DNA of 8,896 nucleotides from Vitrella brassicaformis CCMP3155 (taxonomy: Eukaryota; Protista; Chromerida): contig CDMY01000948.1 of assembly GCA_001179505.1 (NCBI GenBank), positions 1 to 8,896 on the forward strand, in the 5' to 3' direction. Under the pieces are notes generated by a model. The model did no database searches. It worked only from the letters and a program-made list of their open reading frames with translations, and had not been told where the DNA came from. Below are positions 7,199 through 8,896 of the stretch, piece after piece. The position numbers were made by a program, and so were the translations under genes. The stretch's first letter is position 1, and each line of letters begins with the position of its first letter.

Positions 7199-8896
7199 AT
7201 GCAGACTGGCGAGGAGGCGCACCACCGAGGTCAGTAGGCGCGGCACAGGACAGCAAGGCCGGGCAGCGACCGACAGCATGATATGTGACGTTGGGATCCA
7301 CCCTGCTGCCTTCCCTGCAGATGCCGACTTCTGGGACCCCTTCAAACACGTCAACAGACAGCCTACACAGCAGTGCCTTCGGTCAGCCGCCACGGAGGGA
7401 GGGAGGGAGGGAGTGCGCGGCGCGTGTGGCACCTGCACACTCGTGTGTCTGCGTGTGTGTGTGTGCAGTCGCGTGAAGGCTGACATCCGTCAGATCATCA
7501 AGAACCCACTGCCTGGTACCAACCGTCGGTCAACACACAGATTGGCAGGCAGATCTGGTGGTTGACCAAGGTTTCTCTGCAGGCGTGGTTGTGTGTCCGG
7601 ATGAGAACATCGCAACGGTAGCTCACGCCCTAGTGCTAGGACCAGGTAAGGTAGGGTAGGGAACGAACCGAGCAGACGACACGACACGACACGGACGGAC
7701 CTCTTGTGAGGCTAGGCGAGGCGAGCGATGTGTCTGTGTGGTGTGGTGTGGTGTGGTGTGTGTGTGACGTATGTCAGCTGACACTCCGTACGAGGGTGGG
7801 TTCTTCTACTTCATCGTCAACTGCCCCGACACATACCCAAACGAGCCGCCCAAGTAACCAACACAACACACTGCTGTTTACACACGGATGCGGGCAGTGC
7901 AACGGTGGCTCCTCATCGCATCGCCGCTGTCTTCGCGTGTGGTGTGGTGTGGTGTGGTGTGGTGTGTTGTGGTGTGTTCAGGGTGAAGCTCGTGACGACG
8001 GGCAATGGGCGGGTGCGGTTCAACCCCAACGTGAGTGAGCCTCACACAATACACGGAGAGAGAGCTGGCGGAAGTGCCGTGTGTTGTATGTGTGGTGTGT
8101 GTGGGTGTGTGCATGTGTGTTCAGCTGTACGCCAATGGCAAGGTGTGCCTGTCCATCCTCCACACCTGGGTCGGACCAGGTCAACCAACCAACCAAACAT
8201 ACACACACACACAACGCGCACATAGACAAAACAGACATCACACACCATATGCGGCACACGTGCTGTGCTGTGCTGTGCTGTGGTGTGGTGTGGTGTGGTG
8301 TGGTGTATGTGTGTGGCACCGTACCAGGCTGGAGTCCGGTGCATTCGCTGTCCAGCGTGCTGCTGTCGATCCAGACGCTCATGAACGAGAAGCCCTACCA
8401 CAACGAACCTGGATACGAAGGACCCGAACGCACTCCGGGAGAGGTACGCAACGCAATGACTGACTGACGTCACAATGACCACAACAACACCACAGGCCTC
8501 ATGTCTGTGTGGCCGTGTCCCCCAGGCTGCCGCCTACAACGATGTGCTGCGCTACGAGACCCTCCGCGAGGCCGTGTGTTCGGTGGTCGAGTCCATCCTC
8601 GCCGACGAAGGCAAGACCTCGCCCCCTCCCGACCAGCCTGCCAGGTCATCGAGTGCCGCCCAGGCATCCCACCCCAGCAGCCAGCCACAGCCCGCTCCTC
8701 CGGCGTCCATGCCGTCGACGAGCAGCACTTCGTCGGCATCCGCGAGCGACAAGGAGGGTGAGTACGCCAGGAAGCTGCTCGACATGAGCAGGCGATACGC
8801 GTCGGGCAGCGGGCGGCTGCCGGACAACCTGCGGGGCATTGTCAAGGAGAGCTTCGTGGAGCAGTTTGCCTTTTACGAGGGCGTGTGCAACGAGAA
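7199..8896 (+). CDS. UBE2Z: Ubiquitin-conjugating enzyme E2, UBE2Z/USE1-like; 9 exons, 3'-truncated by the window edge
   Basis: Exons are 7199-7229, 7321-7381, 7469-7515, 7583-7645, 7778-7853, 7982-8030, 8125-8179, 8328-8443 and 8526->8896, all GT-AG with consistent phases. The translation includes WDP...[65 protein letters not shown] (catalytic Cys 8146-8148; NPN instead of HPN), [45 protein letters not shown] and [20 protein letters not shown]. These closely track human UBE2Z, including its C-terminal extension. An alternative start is ATG 7278 if intron 7230-7320 is retained. Confidence 0.93.
7736..8305. repeat. Intronic pentanucleotide microsatellites in UBE2Z introns
   Basis: (GTGTG)5 at 7736-7760, (GTGTG)6 at 7937-7966 and (TGCTG)4(TGGTG)5 at 8261-8305, each in the 3' half of an intron. 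Confidence 0.9.

Noticed and set aside
6888-7349. 153-aa minus ORF separated from the downstream frame by one TGA after CCC, raising possible selenocysteine
   Set aside because: The ORF crosses a likely UTR intron and lies antisense to UBE2Z exons. There is no redox-fold context and no SECIS was identified.
7676-8305. Regular short repeats as a possible CRISPR-like array
   Set aside because: They are simple pentanucleotide microsatellites inside spliceosomal introns, with no unique spacers and no cas genes.

Overview
This is a GC-rich, intron-dense eukaryotic window. The 15 modelled coding introns are 67-148 nt and rich in CA/GT. That style suggests the chromerid alveolate Vitrella brassicaformis or a relative, which is an inference from composition only. 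In order, the window holds: (1) the 3' end of a CRE-clade-like non-LTR retrotransposon ORF with a CCHC knuckle and restriction-like endonuclease, apparently carrying an in-frame internal deletion; (2) a small ~4-TM membrane protein resembling an uncharacterised bacterial family, with an unresolved start; (3) a 3-exon chalcone-isomerase-fold (Aim18/Aim46-like) gene on the minus strand; (4) a divergent 5-exon NTF2-fold gene resembling iota carbonic anhydrase/CaMKII association domain, with HHSS replaced by HVAG, a GC-AG intron and an apparent 1-nt frameshift; (5) microsatellite-rich 3' UTR/intergenic DNA; (6) a ~472-aa disordered protein on the minus strand with duplicated DYAPIPxF and NPF motifs; (7) a 9-exon UBE2Z-like E2 enzyme that runs off the right edge. 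No RNA genes or CRISPR arrays were seen. All gene models were spliced by hand and family calls come from motif recognition, not database searches.
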